Assembly: GCA_965285935.1 (NCBI GenBank)
Contig: OZ260666.1
Span: 40,548,001 to 40,612,000, forward strand
DNA: 64,000 bases
Direction of reading: 5' to 3'
From: Ophelia neglecta
Taxonomy: Eukaryota
Shown here: one piece after another, positions 63,577 through 64,000 of the stretch
Layout: every line of letters begins with the position of its first letter
Numbering within the stretch: position 1 is the first letter of the stretch
Notes under the pieces: model-generated
Seen by the model: the letters and a program-made list of their open reading frames with translations, nothing else
Told to the model about the DNA's origin: nothing
Database searches by the model: none
Translations under genes and position numbers: made by a program

Positions 63577-64000
63577 CTGTAACGAAATCAACGAGAAAGA
63601 AACCTGACCACTAGTCCTTTTATTTAACCTTAATTATTCTATCAAAGAGCATATTATTTCCATGTCATTTTAATATTAAAAAAAAAAAAAATAATAATAC
63701 TAGGATACTAGTTATTGAGATCTGATAAATAAAAAATTAGGAAATTGTACATATCAGTGATGGTACAGTAAGTGATAAATTGTAGCCTCTTGTACACATA
63801 CACATGTGATACATGTACATTGAGAATGAGTATAAGAGTCTGGACATCTGATACATGTACCTTGAGTTAAGAGTGTAAAATTCTAGAGTGTCCTAGGTTT
63901 CGACTGGAGGCAAACCAGGCTGTTAGTAGGACACATTGATTGTGGAAAGACCTGTGTAACACTTTAGAAGTGTTTACAAATGACTTTTAAACCCCTTATG

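Overview
Eukaryotic, AT-rich and intron-rich DNA that looks like an invertebrate metazoan; the species cannot be determined from the sequence. One assembly gap lies at 10723-10944. Four conserved spliced genes were reconstructed by hand with phase-consistent exons: PAXIP1/PTIP (minus, 20 exons, last exon off the left edge), head-to-head with DCAF7/WDR68 (plus, 8 coding exons); then BICRA/GLTSCR1 (plus, 13 coding exons), tail-to-tail with WDR4/TRM82 (minus, 7 exons, 5' end off the right edge). Mobile DNA includes a full-length but disabled Tigger/pogo transposon in the last DCAF7 intron, several related TA-flanked MITEs, a MULE-like element with a 9-bp TSD, a hAT-like MITE with an 8-bp TSD, and Helentron/DINE-like (HINE) elements. 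The most unusual feature is a ~1 kb minisatellite made of the 3' end of a WDR4 coding exon plus its 5' splice site, giving 16 tandem GT donors of which only the first is productive. A decayed version of the same pattern follows a PAXIP1 exon. Also present: a U12-type intron, two GC-AG introns and a uORF overlapping the first BICRA start codon.
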